A stretch of DNA of 64,000 nucleotides from an uncultured Anaerolineales bacterium. Its GTDB lineage: Bacteria; Chloroflexota; Anaerolineae; B4-G1. The stretch covers positions 10,270 to 74,269 of the forward strand of contig CAYMHT010000003.1 in the NCBI GenBank assembly GCA_964390305.1, in the 5' to 3' direction. Shown here piece after piece: positions 30,489 to 39,673 of the stretch (position 1 is the stretch's first letter; the number at the start of each line of letters is the position of its first letter). Under the pieces are notes generated by a model that saw nothing but the letters and a program-made list of their open reading frames with translations, was not told the origin of the DNA and made no database searches. Position numbers and translations under genes: made by a program.

Positions 30489-30929
30489 ATGACACAGTTG
30501 ACGCGTAGGGATCCATTCCGCGATCTGATCAGTCTGCGGGAGGCCATGGATCAGCTCTTCGAGGAGAGCATGGTAAGGCCTGGTACCGCAGCTCTGGCTC
30601 CGCGGGCACTGACCGTGGACATGTACGAAACTGACGAGACTGTCGTGGTCAAGACTGCCATTCCGGGTGTCGATCCCGAAGATATCGACATCAGCATGAC
30701 CGGGGACACCCTGGTGATCAAGGGTGAGATCAAGGCCGAGGAAGAGGTCGAGGAAGAGGACTATGTCTGCCGTGAACGTCGGTACGGTGCGTTCTCGCGT
30801 GCCTTGACGGTCCCTGTGTCGATTAACGTGAACGAAGCAGAAGCTGAGTTTGAGGATGGCATTCTGACCTTGACGCTACCCAAGGCCGAGGAACTCAAGC
30901 CGAAGGCAATCAAGGTCAAGTCGAGATAG
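30489..30929 (+). CDS. Hsp20/alpha-crystallin small heat-shock protein
   Basis: ACD signature (DMYETDE..., AEFEDGILTLTLPK). Confidence 0.85.
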   Translation: MTQLTRRDPFRDLISLREAMDQLFEESMVRPGTAALAPRALTVDMYETDETVVVKTAIPGVDPEDIDISMTGDTLVIKGEIKAEEEVEEEDYVCRERRYGAFSRALTVPVSINVNEAEAEFEDGILTLTLPKAEELKPKAIKVKSR

Positions 30930-30972
30930 CAAGCATACGTGAGGCAATCGGAGATTCTGAGGAGGCTGCGAG

Positions 30973-31416
30973 ATGAGCATCACTAACTTGAATCCTTGGC
31001 GTGAGATGCGCACGTTACGTGAGGCGATGGATGAGCTATTGGAGGAGAGCTACGTGTCCCCCGGTCGGCGGCGCATTGAGCGGCAGGAGCGACGACTGCG
31101 CCTTCCCTTGGACGTGTACACAACCCCAGAGGAGATCGTAATAGTCGCGTCCCTCCCCGGGCTCACTCCGGATGAGGTGGACATCACAATCGACGGTGAT
31201 CGGCTCACCATCCACGGCGAACTGCGACCGCCCCTGGAGAACGTCGACTATGTGTTCCAGGAGCGACCCTACGGCCCCTTCTCCAGGACGCTGACGTTAA
31301 ACGTGCCCGTGAGCGCGGATCAAGCTGAGGCTGTCTTCGAGAATGGCGTGCTGACACTCACGCTGCCGAAGGCGGAGGAAAGCAAGCCCAGGACCATTGA
31401 GGTCAAGAGGAAGTAG
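30973..31416 (+). CDS. Hsp20/alpha-crystallin small heat-shock protein (tandem paralog)
   Basis: ACD signature (AVFENGVLTLTLPKAEE). Confidence 0.85.
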   Translation: MSITNLNPWREMRTLREAMDELLEESYVSPGRRRIERQERRLRLPLDVYTTPEEIVIVASLPGLTPDEVDITIDGDRLTIHGELRPPLENVDYVFQERPYGPFSRTLTLNVPVSADQAEAVFENGVLTLTLPKAEESKPRTIEVKRK

Positions 31417-31438
31417 ACTTGCTGGGAGAGTCTCAAGA

Positions 31439-31478
31439 GCCGGCAGGACCGTGATAAGGTTCTGCCGGCGTCTTTCCT
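31439..31478 (+). terminator. Intrinsic terminator after tandem hsp20 genes
   Basis: GCCGGCAGGACC-gtgataag-GTTCTGCCGGC hairpin followed by GTCTTTCC. Confidence 0.6.
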
Positions 31479-31634
31479 TACCTGCGATACTGGATGCGAC
31501 CCCAAACTGACCGCTGACGGCGGGCGGCTACCCGACGAACGAGAAGAAAACAAGACCGCTGGGCCTACGAAGGGAGTCTGTCCCCTCAGCCCAATGCACC
31601 CTTTGTGACCTATTTGACGCCGCAGGCGACGCAG

Positions 31635-31997
31635 CTACTCCGGTTCCGCCAGTGCCACGTTTGCCGCTTCGGGCCCTTTCTCGGACTCGGTGACCTCAAA
31701 GGTCACCCGCGCGCCTTCGGTGAAGTCTTCTTCATCCCCCTCTGCAATTGCATTGCGGTGGAAGAAGATGTCATCGCCACCCCGCATGGTTATGAACCCG
31801 TATCGCTTCTTTGGCTCGTACCATTTGACGATGCCCTGCTGTCTTCCCGACTCCGGCTCTTTCTCCTCCCGGCACTCCGGGCATAATGTAGGCTCGACCT
31901 CGAAGCCCATCTTGTCCAGTCGTCGTTGCTCTTCTACGGTAAAGATGAACTGCTTCCCACATCGTTCGCACGTGGCCCACGTGTCGCGATAAGGCAT
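31635..31997 (-). CDS. Cold-shock domain protein with N-terminal C4 zinc ribbon
   Basis: N-terminal CERCG...CPEC ribbon, then a CSD with RNP motifs (GIVKWYEPKKRYGFI, DIFFH). Confidence 0.75.
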   Translation of the reverse strand: MPYRDTWATCERCGKQFIFTVEEQRRLDKMGFEVEPTLCPECREEKEPESGRQQGIVKWYEPKKRYGFITMRGGDDIFFHRNAIAEGDEEDFTEGARVTFEVTESEKGPEAANVALAEPE

Positions 31998-32087
31998 AAG
32001 ACCTCCCCGTATAATGGTGGTGCGACAGAAACTGCGAGCTGGGAGCTACGACTCTCCCAGCTGGCTCTTGCACTTGCTGTTGAGACA

Positions 32088-32116
32088 ATACTACGTGATC
32101 GGAGGGGTTTTGTCAA
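32088..32116 (-). promoter_or_regulatory. Sigma-70-type promoter of zinc-ribbon cold-shock gene (TTGACA-N17-TAGTAT on minus strand)
   Basis: On the minus strand, -35 is at plus 32111-32116 and -10 at plus 32088-32093. This gives a ~85-nt 5'UTR containing a perfect 9-bp hairpin (32037-32061). Confidence 0.45.
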
Positions 32117-32493
32117 TCCTGGCCGGGATTGCCAAGTAGGCTTGCCACGGTAGAATCAGTCAACCGAGCCTGGCACGAAGACACCGGCGAAGAACCGTGC
32201 ACCGGCTGGATCTTCCTGTGCTGAGGTGGCCCCAGGTGGCTCAGGCCCCAGTGAACCAGGGGTACCGGTGACTGTAGGCGAGAGGGGCGGCGAATGGTTG
32301 TCAGCGTGGGCGGGGGGAGGTGTCAACGAACTCGCAAAATGCCCCACCGATCCAGCCCCCGGCTGAGGTGCCGGAGCTCCAGGGCGGGAAATGGCTTCCC
32401 CTCCCGAGCGATGGCCTTGTTTGCTCACGATCTATGACGGTTCTTGCGCCGTGAACGAAAGACGCCGCCCTGTGGGGCCTTGGAGGGCATGAC

Positions 32494-33150
32494 GTGGAAC
32501 TCTATCTCATCCGCCATGCGCAGTCGATCAACCAGATTCTGGATGAATCAGATGCCAGGGTCGCTGACCCTGGCTTGACAGACCTGGGCGAGCGCCAGGC
32601 GGCCCTACTTGCGGAGCACCTGGGTGTCGGCAGGGAGCGCACGCCGTTGCCTGACGATGCCATCGATTCGCTCGTCTGCAGCCCGATGTGGCGTGCCTTG
32701 CAGACCGCTCGTCCCTTGGCTGAGGCCTTGGACGTGGCCCCTGAGGTCTGGGTGGACGTTCACGAGCAGGTTCGTGCCGCGGAAACCTACGCTGGCAGCA
32801 CGCGAGAGAGAATCCAGACCGCGTTTCCCAACTATGTGCTGCCTGAGGAGATCACGGAGGCGGGCTGGTGGAATCGAGGTGGGGAGTCCCGATCGGAATG
32901 CATGGAGCGGGCCATCCGTGTGGCAGAAGAGCTTGGTCGACGAGCTGAGTCCAGCGAAGGGCTGGCGATTGTGTCACATGCCGCATTCATCGACTCACTC
33001 CTCAAGACGCTCTTCGGTCGGCTGCCGGGGTCCCGTTACTGGTACCACCACTTCAACACGGGCGTCTCGCGGCTGGGCCTCGGGGGCCAGCGAGTCGACG
33101 TTCGATACTTGAACCGGGTCGATCACCTGCTCCCGGGCCTCGTTTCTTGA
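32494..33150 (+). CDS. Histidine phosphatase family protein (phosphoglycerate mutase-like)
   Basis: LIRHAQS catalytic RHG-type motif at the N-terminus; GTG start. Confidence 0.7.
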   Translation: MELYLIRHAQSINQILDESDARVADPGLTDLGERQAALLAEHLGVGRERTPLPDDAIDSLVCSPMWRALQTARPLAEALDVAPEVWVDVHEQVRAAETYAGSTRERIQTAFPNYVLPEEITEAGWWNRGGESRSECMERAIRVAEELGRRAESSEGLAIVSHAAFIDSLLKTLFGRLPGSRYWYHHFNTGVSRLGLGGQRVDVRYLNRVDHLLPGLVS

Positions 33151-33463
33151 GTCCATCCGGCCGGTCTGAAGATCGTCTATCTCTAGATCTTTGGTTCCAC
33201 GGGCGTGGATGGACGACGTGGGCCCCGAACGTGCATCCAGCGGGACGGCCGCCTCGGCAATCGCACCCGCGCTCAGACCGACGAGTTGACGATTGCCGGG
33301 GCCCAGGTGCAGCGCATCGAGAGAATCGACGCGTTCAACGAGGAGATGATTGAGCGAGGCTAGCTGCGAAGTCGCAAGTTCCCGCACGGCACCGACGGCT
33401 ATATGGCGGGCAAGAAGGTCGCTATCTAGGCCCCACGTCTTCCGGACAGGGAGGACGGCCTGC

Positions 33464-34129
33464 TCAAGGAGCCACGATGTCGCGGAGGCTGGTGAAGGAC
33501 AGGAGGAGCAGACCGATCACACACACGATCAGGCCCCAACCGGGCAGGCTGCGCGCTCCGTACACCCCGGCGATGAGCGGACGCAACACCACGTACTGCC
33601 ACACCGCCGGGATCCCTCCTGCGAGCGTCACCAGCAGGAACAACGTGCCTCTCACAGGCCTGGAGAGCTGGCCTGTCAGAGGTGTCAAGCCTGTCAGCAG
33701 CAATCCCGCCGCGACCAGGGTCAGCTGGAGTCGGTAGGCGGGTTCAAAGAGCGCCTGATATGGGGGTAGCGCGGATAGGCCGAGCAGCACGGCCAGCGCC
33801 GTCACGCTGAGTCGAACGAGGGAGCGCGCCTTTGATCGCTGAACGACCAGCGCCAGGGAGATCACACCGCCGAACAGCGCAGTGACGAAGAGACCCCGCC
33901 TCACCGGAGCCGTCCCTGCCTGCACCTGTGGGAAAAACTTGGCAAACTCAGACAACTCGTATCCCGTCACCGTGAGAGCGGCGGTCCTGTGTGCTACCCA
34001 GGGAGAGAAAAAACCCACAACGATGAGCACTGACGCTGCGAACCGTAGGCTGCACAGGGCGGGCTCCCTCCTTGCCCGCGTGGTGAACACCGATCTCATT
34101 GACCTGTCCTTCCGTTCTGCGTCGATCAT
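33464..34129 (-). CDS. Integral membrane protein (hypothetical), last gene of glycan operon
   Basis: ~6 TM helices; its ATG overlaps the GT4 stop (ATGA). Confidence 0.5.
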   Translation of the reverse strand: MIDAERKDRSMRSVFTTRARREPALCSLRFAASVLIVVGFFSPWVAHRTAALTVTGYELSEFAKFFPQVQAGTAPVRRGLFVTALFGGVISLALVVQRSKARSLVRLSVTALAVLLGLSALPPYQALFEPAYRLQLTLVAAGLLLTGLTPLTGQLSRPVRGTLFLLVTLAGGIPAVWQYVVLRPLIAGVYGARSLPGWGLIVCVIGLLLLSFTSLRDIVAP

Positions 34130-35268
34130 CAGCCCTCTTCAAGGCCGTCGACCACGCTCAACAGCTGGCGCGCTGATCGCTCCCAGGTGAACGTGGCGGC
34201 CCGAGCGAGGCCGCGATCGACCATCTTCTTCCGCAGTCTGTCGTCGTCGAGAACCCGAGCGATGGCCTCCGTTAACGCGTCGGTGTCCAGTGGATCGACC
34301 ATCATGGCCGCATCGCCCGCAACCTCCGGCAGAGATGAGGTGTTTGAACAGACCGCCGGTACGCCACAGGCCATTGCCTCCAGCACTGGCAGGCCGAAGC
34401 CTTCGTACAGCGAGGTGAGAGCGAAGAGGGAGGCACCCCGATAGAGCGCTGGAAGATCCTCATCCTCAACGAACCCCAGCAGCCGAACGCTGTCGTGCCT
34501 ACTCGCCTCAGCAATGATCTCGTCGTACAGCCAGCCGCGCCCGCCGGCAATTAGCAGTCTTGGCTTTGCCTCTCCGTCTTGCGGGAGCTGGACAAACCCC
34601 TCGATGAGGCGTACGTAGTTCTTGCGCGGCTGCAATGTGCCCACGCTGAGGACGTAAGGCTCATCGCCAATTCCGTATCGCTCGCCCAGCCGCTCCCGCT
34701 CGCCAGGCTTCGGATCCGGCCGGAAGCGGGAGCCCACGCCTGGGTAGATCACCGTCACGTCCTCGGGCGGAACGTCGAAAAGGCTGATGAGGTCAGAACG
34801 TGTACGAGTTGAATCAGCCAGCACTACGTCAGCCCGCTCGATGGAGTGAGGCACGACTTTCTCCAGATATCGTCGCAACGGCGGCACGAAGGCGTCGGGA
34901 TAGTAGACGAACGACAGGTCATGCACGGTCAGCACGGTCTTCGTCCGCCGGGTCGTGGGTGGCAGCGCGAAGTCAGGGGAGTAGAAGACGTCGAGACGCC
35001 CGGTGATGACCTCGACGGGAATGGGGAGGCGAACACGATGCCATAACCGGGCGAGCCAATCATCACTGACTGGGATGGAACGGACGCGGACCCCCTCGCG
35101 TTGAATCCCCCGGCTCCAGTTATCGCCTTTCAGTCCTCCAACGGCGGCAAAGAGTGTGTACTCGTTGAGACTCTCCAACGACAGAAGTGCGCCGATCAAC
35201 TCCCGGGTGTAGCGACCGATGCCGGCGCGTTGGCGCGCGGCAGAGGTATAATCGACACCAATGCGCAT
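34129..35268 (-). CDS. Glycosyltransferase family 1 (GT4)
   Basis: GT-B C-terminal signature EGFGLPVLEAMACGVPAV. Confidence 0.85.
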   Translation of the reverse strand: MRIGVDYTSAARQRAGIGRYTRELIGALLSLESLNEYTLFAAVGGLKGDNWSRGIQREGVRVRSIPVSDDWLARLWHRVRLPIPVEVITGRLDVFYSPDFALPPTTRRTKTVLTVHDLSFVYYPDAFVPPLRRYLEKVVPHSIERADVVLADSTRTRSDLISLFDVPPEDVTVIYPGVGSRFRPDPKPGERERLGERYGIGDEPYVLSVGTLQPRKNYVRLIEGFVQLPQDGEAKPRLLIAGGRGWLYDEIIAEASRHDSVRLLGFVEDEDLPALYRGASLFALTSLYEGFGLPVLEAMACGVPAVCSNTSSLPEVAGDAAMMVDPLDTDALTEAIARVLDDDRLRKKMVDRGLARAATFTWERSARQLLSVVDGLEEG

Positions 35269-35371
35269 CGTCTATCAGACCCGACCTTTCCTCATGAGGA
35301 CGAGGTGCGCCAACCTTCGCCTGAGTCGAAGGCGCATCCGGGCCTCGAGCCTGGCAAGTCGAGCGTCCTCG

Positions 35372-35866
35372 TCATTCCACGTGACCGAACGTCCAGATTC
35401 GGTTGGCATAGAAGTTCCAGAACAAGACCAGGACGGTGGAGAGCATCTTGGCGGCATTGTATGCGAAGTCGAAGTGGGACATCCCCACGCTGGACGCCAG
35501 CGCGCCGGTGGGCCCGGCGAGAAGCCCTGCTTCGCCAAGGATCCAGCGGTCAGAACCGTAGAAGATCGCAGTATTGAGTACGAGGCCGGCCAGATTCACG
35601 AGGAAGAACTGCGTGAACTGCCCCCTCAGCGGCTCCCCGCGCGTCTCTGGATAGACCCACAGCCGGTTCCAGATGAAGTTGCTGATCACTGCCACGGTAA
35701 AGGAGATGGTGTTGGCCAGCACCTTGGGGGTTCCTGCGAGTTGCACCAGGAGATTGAGGGTGCCAAAGTCGATCACGGCGCCCACCGTCCCGACGACGGA
35801 GAACTTGACAAACCGGAGGGCCTCTTTTCGATTGTTCTGTGCGAAGGCGTTTACCTCACCGATCAT
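35372..35866 (-). CDS. GtrA-family membrane protein (polyprenyl-phosphate sugar flippase-like)
   Basis: GtrA signature RFVKFSVVGTVGAVIDFG and 4 TM helices. Start set at MIGEV (35866) to avoid overlap with the upstream Wzy_C gene. Confidence 0.7.
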   Translation of the reverse strand: MIGEVNAFAQNNRKEALRFVKFSVVGTVGAVIDFGTLNLLVQLAGTPKVLANTISFTVAVISNFIWNRLWVYPETRGEPLRGQFTQFFLVNLAGLVLNTAIFYGSDRWILGEAGLLAGPTGALASSVGMSHFDFAYNAAKMLSTVLVLFWNFYANRIWTFGHVE

Positions 35867-37430
35867 GAAGTGGCCTTGTCCCATTCGTGCGCTCCACGAT
35901 GAAAGCCAGTACTCCCAGCAAGACGCCGATGTGTAGATGGACGTTGTTGACGTAAAGGTTGTCAAGGAGGTGGTGCACGCTGATGTGCGTCCACGTCCCT
36001 AGCAGTCCGAGGGCGAGACCACGCGTCAGTCCCTCCGCGCGCCGGGTTACACGCCATGTCTGCCAGAAGATCACACCCCAGAGAACCCCATAGGCGATCA
36101 GACCGATCAGCCCCGTCTCGGCGGCCAGGTTTAGGTAGTAATTGTGCGCATGCCCCAAGGCATTCGGCCAGTTGATCAGAGCAAAGCGATCATAAGCCGC
36201 TTCGTAGCAGCCGAAGCCAATCCCGGACCAGACGTTGTGGCGGAACATGGACGTCGCCGTTTGCCAGTGGGCCAGGCGTTCGATGACGGCGTAGTTGGCG
36301 TCGTTGATGGCTACCCCCCGCACGTCCTCCAGTCGTATGTCCCGCACGAAGCTGGTCAAGCGAGCGACAAACGATGGGGGCAGCCGTCCGGACATGAAGA
36401 GCATACGTCCCCCGATGATCAGCAGTGCGACAAGGGCTACTCCCCACCTGGTCTTCCGCGGCAGAGCGACGGCCATCGTCAGCGCGGCGGCCCCGAAGCC
36501 AACCCAGGCCCCACGGCTCCACGATGCAGCTAGGGCGAAGAGCATCGCAACGCAGGCACCTCCGGCGAACGCGTAGACCAGCGGGCTGACGGACTGGGTA
36601 GCTCGGAGATGCGTGGATCGGTGACTGTCGTCTTCCTTTCCTGTCCGGGCCGTATGCCAGGATGCCAGCCTGCTCCATATTCCATCGGCGACCATGCCCA
36701 GCGCCAGAGCGACCGTCAGCCCCAAGTACCCGGCGTAGGGGTTCGGCTGCTCGAAGGTGCCGTAGGCGCGGAAGAAGTCACCGCCTGGGATGGCAAAGTG
36801 CTCTGGGCCTTCGCCGCGCAAGCCGAATTGCCAGATGCCCACGCCCGCCTGAAAGAGCCCTGCCCCCAGCACGACGAGGACCAGCCAGACCAGGCGCCGC
36901 GACTCAAGGGCGGCTCCAGCCCGTCCTGACCTGGCCTCGACACCGGCCGTGAGGTGATGGCTGACGAAGACGAAGAGGAGTGAGATCTCCACCCACTTGA
37001 TCAACTCCGGTGTACCGAAGGCCACCAGCCCCGTCGCATCCCACAATGAAAGCAGTACGGCGCCGACGAAGATGAGTAGCGGAAGGAGCAGCGGCGACTG
37101 GCGGATGCGGATCTCGCGCTGAGATAGCCCCCGCGCCAGCCAAGAGCCCAGCGCCAGGGCGATGAAAAGGTGTCCAATTTGCGGGGGGATTCGCGCCACC
37201 TCAGCGCCCAGGTACGCTTTTAGCGGCCCCAGGAAGAGCGCAGTCCCCAATCCGACGAACGGCTCGATCATCGTTCCGAGGAAGAGGGCAAGGAGCCCGA
37301 CGAGCGCCACTGCCTGGTAGGGTGAGAGCTGAATCAGGAGCAGCCCGGCGAGGATCGCCACCCCCAGGATCACCGTCGTGCTTCGCCGGCTGCTCCAGTC
37401 GAGAAGGTATCCAGATGGCGGCAGCCTCAC
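35856..37430 (-). CDS. Wzy_C domain membrane protein (O-antigen ligase / O-oligosaccharyltransferase-like)
   Basis: ~12 TM helices and an O-antigen-ligase-like loop. The ORF extends to 37532, but a GTG at 37430 overlaps the UXS stop (GTGA), suggesting a coupled start. Confidence 0.6.
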   Translation of the reverse strand: MRLPPSGYLLDWSSRRSTTVILGVAILAGLLLIQLSPYQAVALVGLLALFLGTMIEPFVGLGTALFLGPLKAYLGAEVARIPPQIGHLFIALALGSWLARGLSQREIRIRQSPLLLPLLIFVGAVLLSLWDATGLVAFGTPELIKWVEISLLFVFVSHHLTAGVEARSGRAGAALESRRLVWLVLVVLGAGLFQAGVGIWQFGLRGEGPEHFAIPGGDFFRAYGTFEQPNPYAGYLGLTVALALGMVADGIWSRLASWHTARTGKEDDSHRSTHLRATQSVSPLVYAFAGGACVAMLFALAASWSRGAWVGFGAAALTMAVALPRKTRWGVALVALLIIGGRMLFMSGRLPPSFVARLTSFVRDIRLEDVRGVAINDANYAVIERLAHWQTATSMFRHNVWSGIGFGCYEAAYDRFALINWPNALGHAHNYYLNLAAETGLIGLIAYGVLWGVIFWQTWRVTRRAEGLTRGLALGLLGTWTHISVHHLLDNLYVNNVHLHIGVLLGVLAFIVERTNGTRPLHDR

Positions 37431-38368
37431 ATTCGCTCCCGGAAGTACTCGACCGTCCACTTCAGACCTTGCTCCAGCGGCACTTTCGGGGTCCACCCGA
37501 GCACCTGCCGCGCCTTTGTGATGTCCGGACACCGCACCTGAGGATCATCGGCCGTGCGAGCGTCGGCAGGCTCGACGAAAGTGATTCTGGAGCCGCTGCC
37601 AGTCACCTCCAGCACCTTCCGGGCGAACTCGAGAATCGTCATCTCATCGGGGTTCCCGATGTTCACTGGCTGAACTTCGTCGGAGAACAGCAGCCGCACC
37701 AGCCCATCGACCTGGTCGCTGATGTAACAGAAGGAGCGCGTGCGTTTCCCCTCGTCGTAGACGGTGAGCGGGTCGCCCCGCAGCGCCTGACAGACGAAAT
37801 TCGGGACTACACGACCGTCGTCCATCCGCATTCGGGGTCCGTAGGTGTTGAAGATGCGGGCGATCCGCGTGTCCACCCCGTGGTAACGATGATAGGCCAT
37901 CGCCAGTGCCTCCGCGAAGCGCTTGCTCTCGTCGTAGACGCCGCGCGGGCCGATGGGATTGACGTTACCCCAGTAATCCTCAGCCTGAGGATGCTCCAGT
38001 GGATCGCCGTAGACCTCGGACGTGGAGGCAAGCAGGTAGCGGGCACCCTTTGCCATCGCCAGACCCAGGGTCTTGTGCGTGCCGAGCGCCCCCACTTTCA
38101 GCGTCTGGATGGGGTAGTTCAGGTAGTCGACCGGGCTGGGCAGGCTGGCCAGGTGAAGCACAGCGTCGAGCGGTCCTTCAACGAAAATGTAACTCGTCAC
38201 GTCATGCTTCGTGAAGTGGAAGCGCTCGCTCCCGGAGAGGTGAGCGATGTTATCCACCGCACCGGTCGCCAGGTTGTCCATGGCGATGACTTCATGCCCC
38301 TCGTCCAGCAGTCGATCGCAGAGGTGAGAGCCAATAAAACCAGCTCCACCGGTGATGAGGATGCGCAT
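37427..38368 (-). CDS. UDP-glucuronate decarboxylase / UDP-xylose synthase-like NAD-dependent epimerase/dehydratase
   Basis: GGAGFIGSH Rossmann motif, a YxxxK catalytic region, ~313 aa UXS-like. Confidence 0.8.
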   Translation of the reverse strand: MRILITGGAGFIGSHLCDRLLDEGHEVIAMDNLATGAVDNIAHLSGSERFHFTKHDVTSYIFVEGPLDAVLHLASLPSPVDYLNYPIQTLKVGALGTHKTLGLAMAKGARYLLASTSEVYGDPLEHPQAEDYWGNVNPIGPRGVYDESKRFAEALAMAYHRYHGVDTRIARIFNTYGPRMRMDDGRVVPNFVCQALRGDPLTVYDEGKRTRSFCYISDQVDGLVRLLFSDEVQPVNIGNPDEMTILEFARKVLEVTGSGSRITFVEPADARTADDPQVRCPDITKARQVLGWTPKVPLEQGLKWTVEYFRERM

Positions 38369-38441
38369 CTATCGCTCCTTATCCAGCAAGTACGAGTTGA
38401 GGGATTGCACCACGGCCTGTGAGCGGCGTAGAGTGGATGGG

Positions 38442-39011
38442 TTACTCAGTGTGGGCTTGGAGCTCTTCCGCGAAGGCATCGAACGCAGATTGACCATAAA
38501 GGCAGAATACGATGCGCTTCAATCCCGTGCCGCCCCTTACGTAGGCGATAGCCGCCTTCAGCATCACCTCAGCTGCTTCATGCATCGGGTAGCCGTAGAT
38601 ACCGGTGCTGATAGCGGGCAGAGCGACAGACCTGAGATCGTGTTCATCGGCCATTTGAAGAGCGGATTTCACCGCCGACGCCAGTAGCTCCGCCGCCTTC
38701 GATTTCGACATCGCGTCATAGACGGGACCTACGGCATGAACCACGTAGTCGGCGTTCAAATCTCCGCCTGACGTGATGGCCGCCGAGCCGGTGGGCACTC
38801 GCCCCCGCTCACGCACCCATTCATCGCTCTCCTTCTGGATCGCCGGCCCGCCAGCCCGAGCGATCGCACCAGCCACGCCACCGCCGTGGGCCAGACGCTC
38901 GTTCGCTGCGTTGACGATGGCTCCTGCGTCGACCTTGGTGATATCGCCCTTGACCAACTCAAGCGTCGTGTCACCGATCTGAGTTCGGACCATGTCTCCT
39001 CCCAGAACCAA
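38442..39011 (-). CDS. Macro domain protein (O-acetyl-ADP-ribose deacetylase, MacroD/YmdB-like)
   Basis: GDITK...AIVNAANERL...GGGVAGAI signature. Start could instead be the internal Met at 38993. Confidence 0.8.
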   Translation of the reverse strand: MVLGGDMVRTQIGDTTLELVKGDITKVDAGAIVNAANERLAHGGGVAGAIARAGGPAIQKESDEWVRERGRVPTGSAAITSGGDLNADYVVHAVGPVYDAMSKSKAAELLASAVKSALQMADEHDLRSVALPAISTGIYGYPMHEAAEVMLKAAIAYVRGGTGLKRIVFCLYGQSAFDAFAEELQAHTE

Positions 39012-39019
39012 GACGTGAG

Positions 39020-39673
39020 CTAGTAGCTGACATGAACCTCGCTGAATCCAAGTGTCAGGATAAGGTGTCGGATATAGGATTCAGCATTTCTCTGAGCCAT
39101 GTCCAGGATGCCGTCCTCCAGTGCCGCGCTCAGGATCTCCTCCTCGGCAGCGCGCCGTGCTGCTGTCTCCAGTTCCACATTCATCCCGATCACGCCGGTG
39201 TCGCGGTTGAAGACGTACGACTGTTCGTTGTCCAGAACAGTGACGAACACCTCGGCCTCGGGCAGCGCGACGTGGACGACGCCTTCTCCTTCGATAGTGA
39301 TGTCGCTCTCGTCTAGCTTCTCCAGATCGACGCCGGCGATCACCTGACCGTGCGCCACGAAGATCAGACGATCACCCACGAGAAAGGCGAAGGGGCCTTG
39401 TCGGCTCTCGGCAGTGATGATCTTCTCGACCGTGTAGGCAGCCGTCTCGAGGCGGCTGAGGCTGCGCACCTCTCGTACGATAGTGACTGGGTCCGGCTCG
39501 ATGGTCGGGGTAGGGTTTGTAATCTGCTCAAACTGTCTCTGAAGCGCTCGCTCTGCCTCTGCCAGAGGCTGCGTTACCTGTCGAACCGACCAGACGACAG
39601 CCACGCCGCCCGCCACGAGGACGACCAGGATCAGAACGAGAATGATGGTGTTCAGGTTAAGCTTTCTGTCCAC
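39020..39673 (-). CDS. DUF4230-like membrane-anchored protein
   Basis: Single N-terminal TM helix, then a soluble domain typical of DUF4230. Confidence 0.45.
   Translation of the reverse strand: MDRKLNLNTIILVLILVVLVAGGVAVVWSVRQVTQPLAEAERALQRQFEQITNPTPTIEPDPVTIVREVRSLSRLETAAYTVEKIITAESRQGPFAFLVGDRLIFVAHGQVIAGVDLEKLDESDITIEGEGVVHVALPEAEVFVTVLDNEQSYVFNRDTGVIGMNVELETAARRAAEEEILSAALEDGILDMAQRNAESYIRHLILTLGFSEVHVSY

Noticed and set aside
32995-33387. 130-aa minus-strand ORF in the convergent gap after the histidine phosphatase gene
   Set aside because: It overlaps the 3' end of the phosphatase gene by >150 nt and has no motifs; likely spurious.
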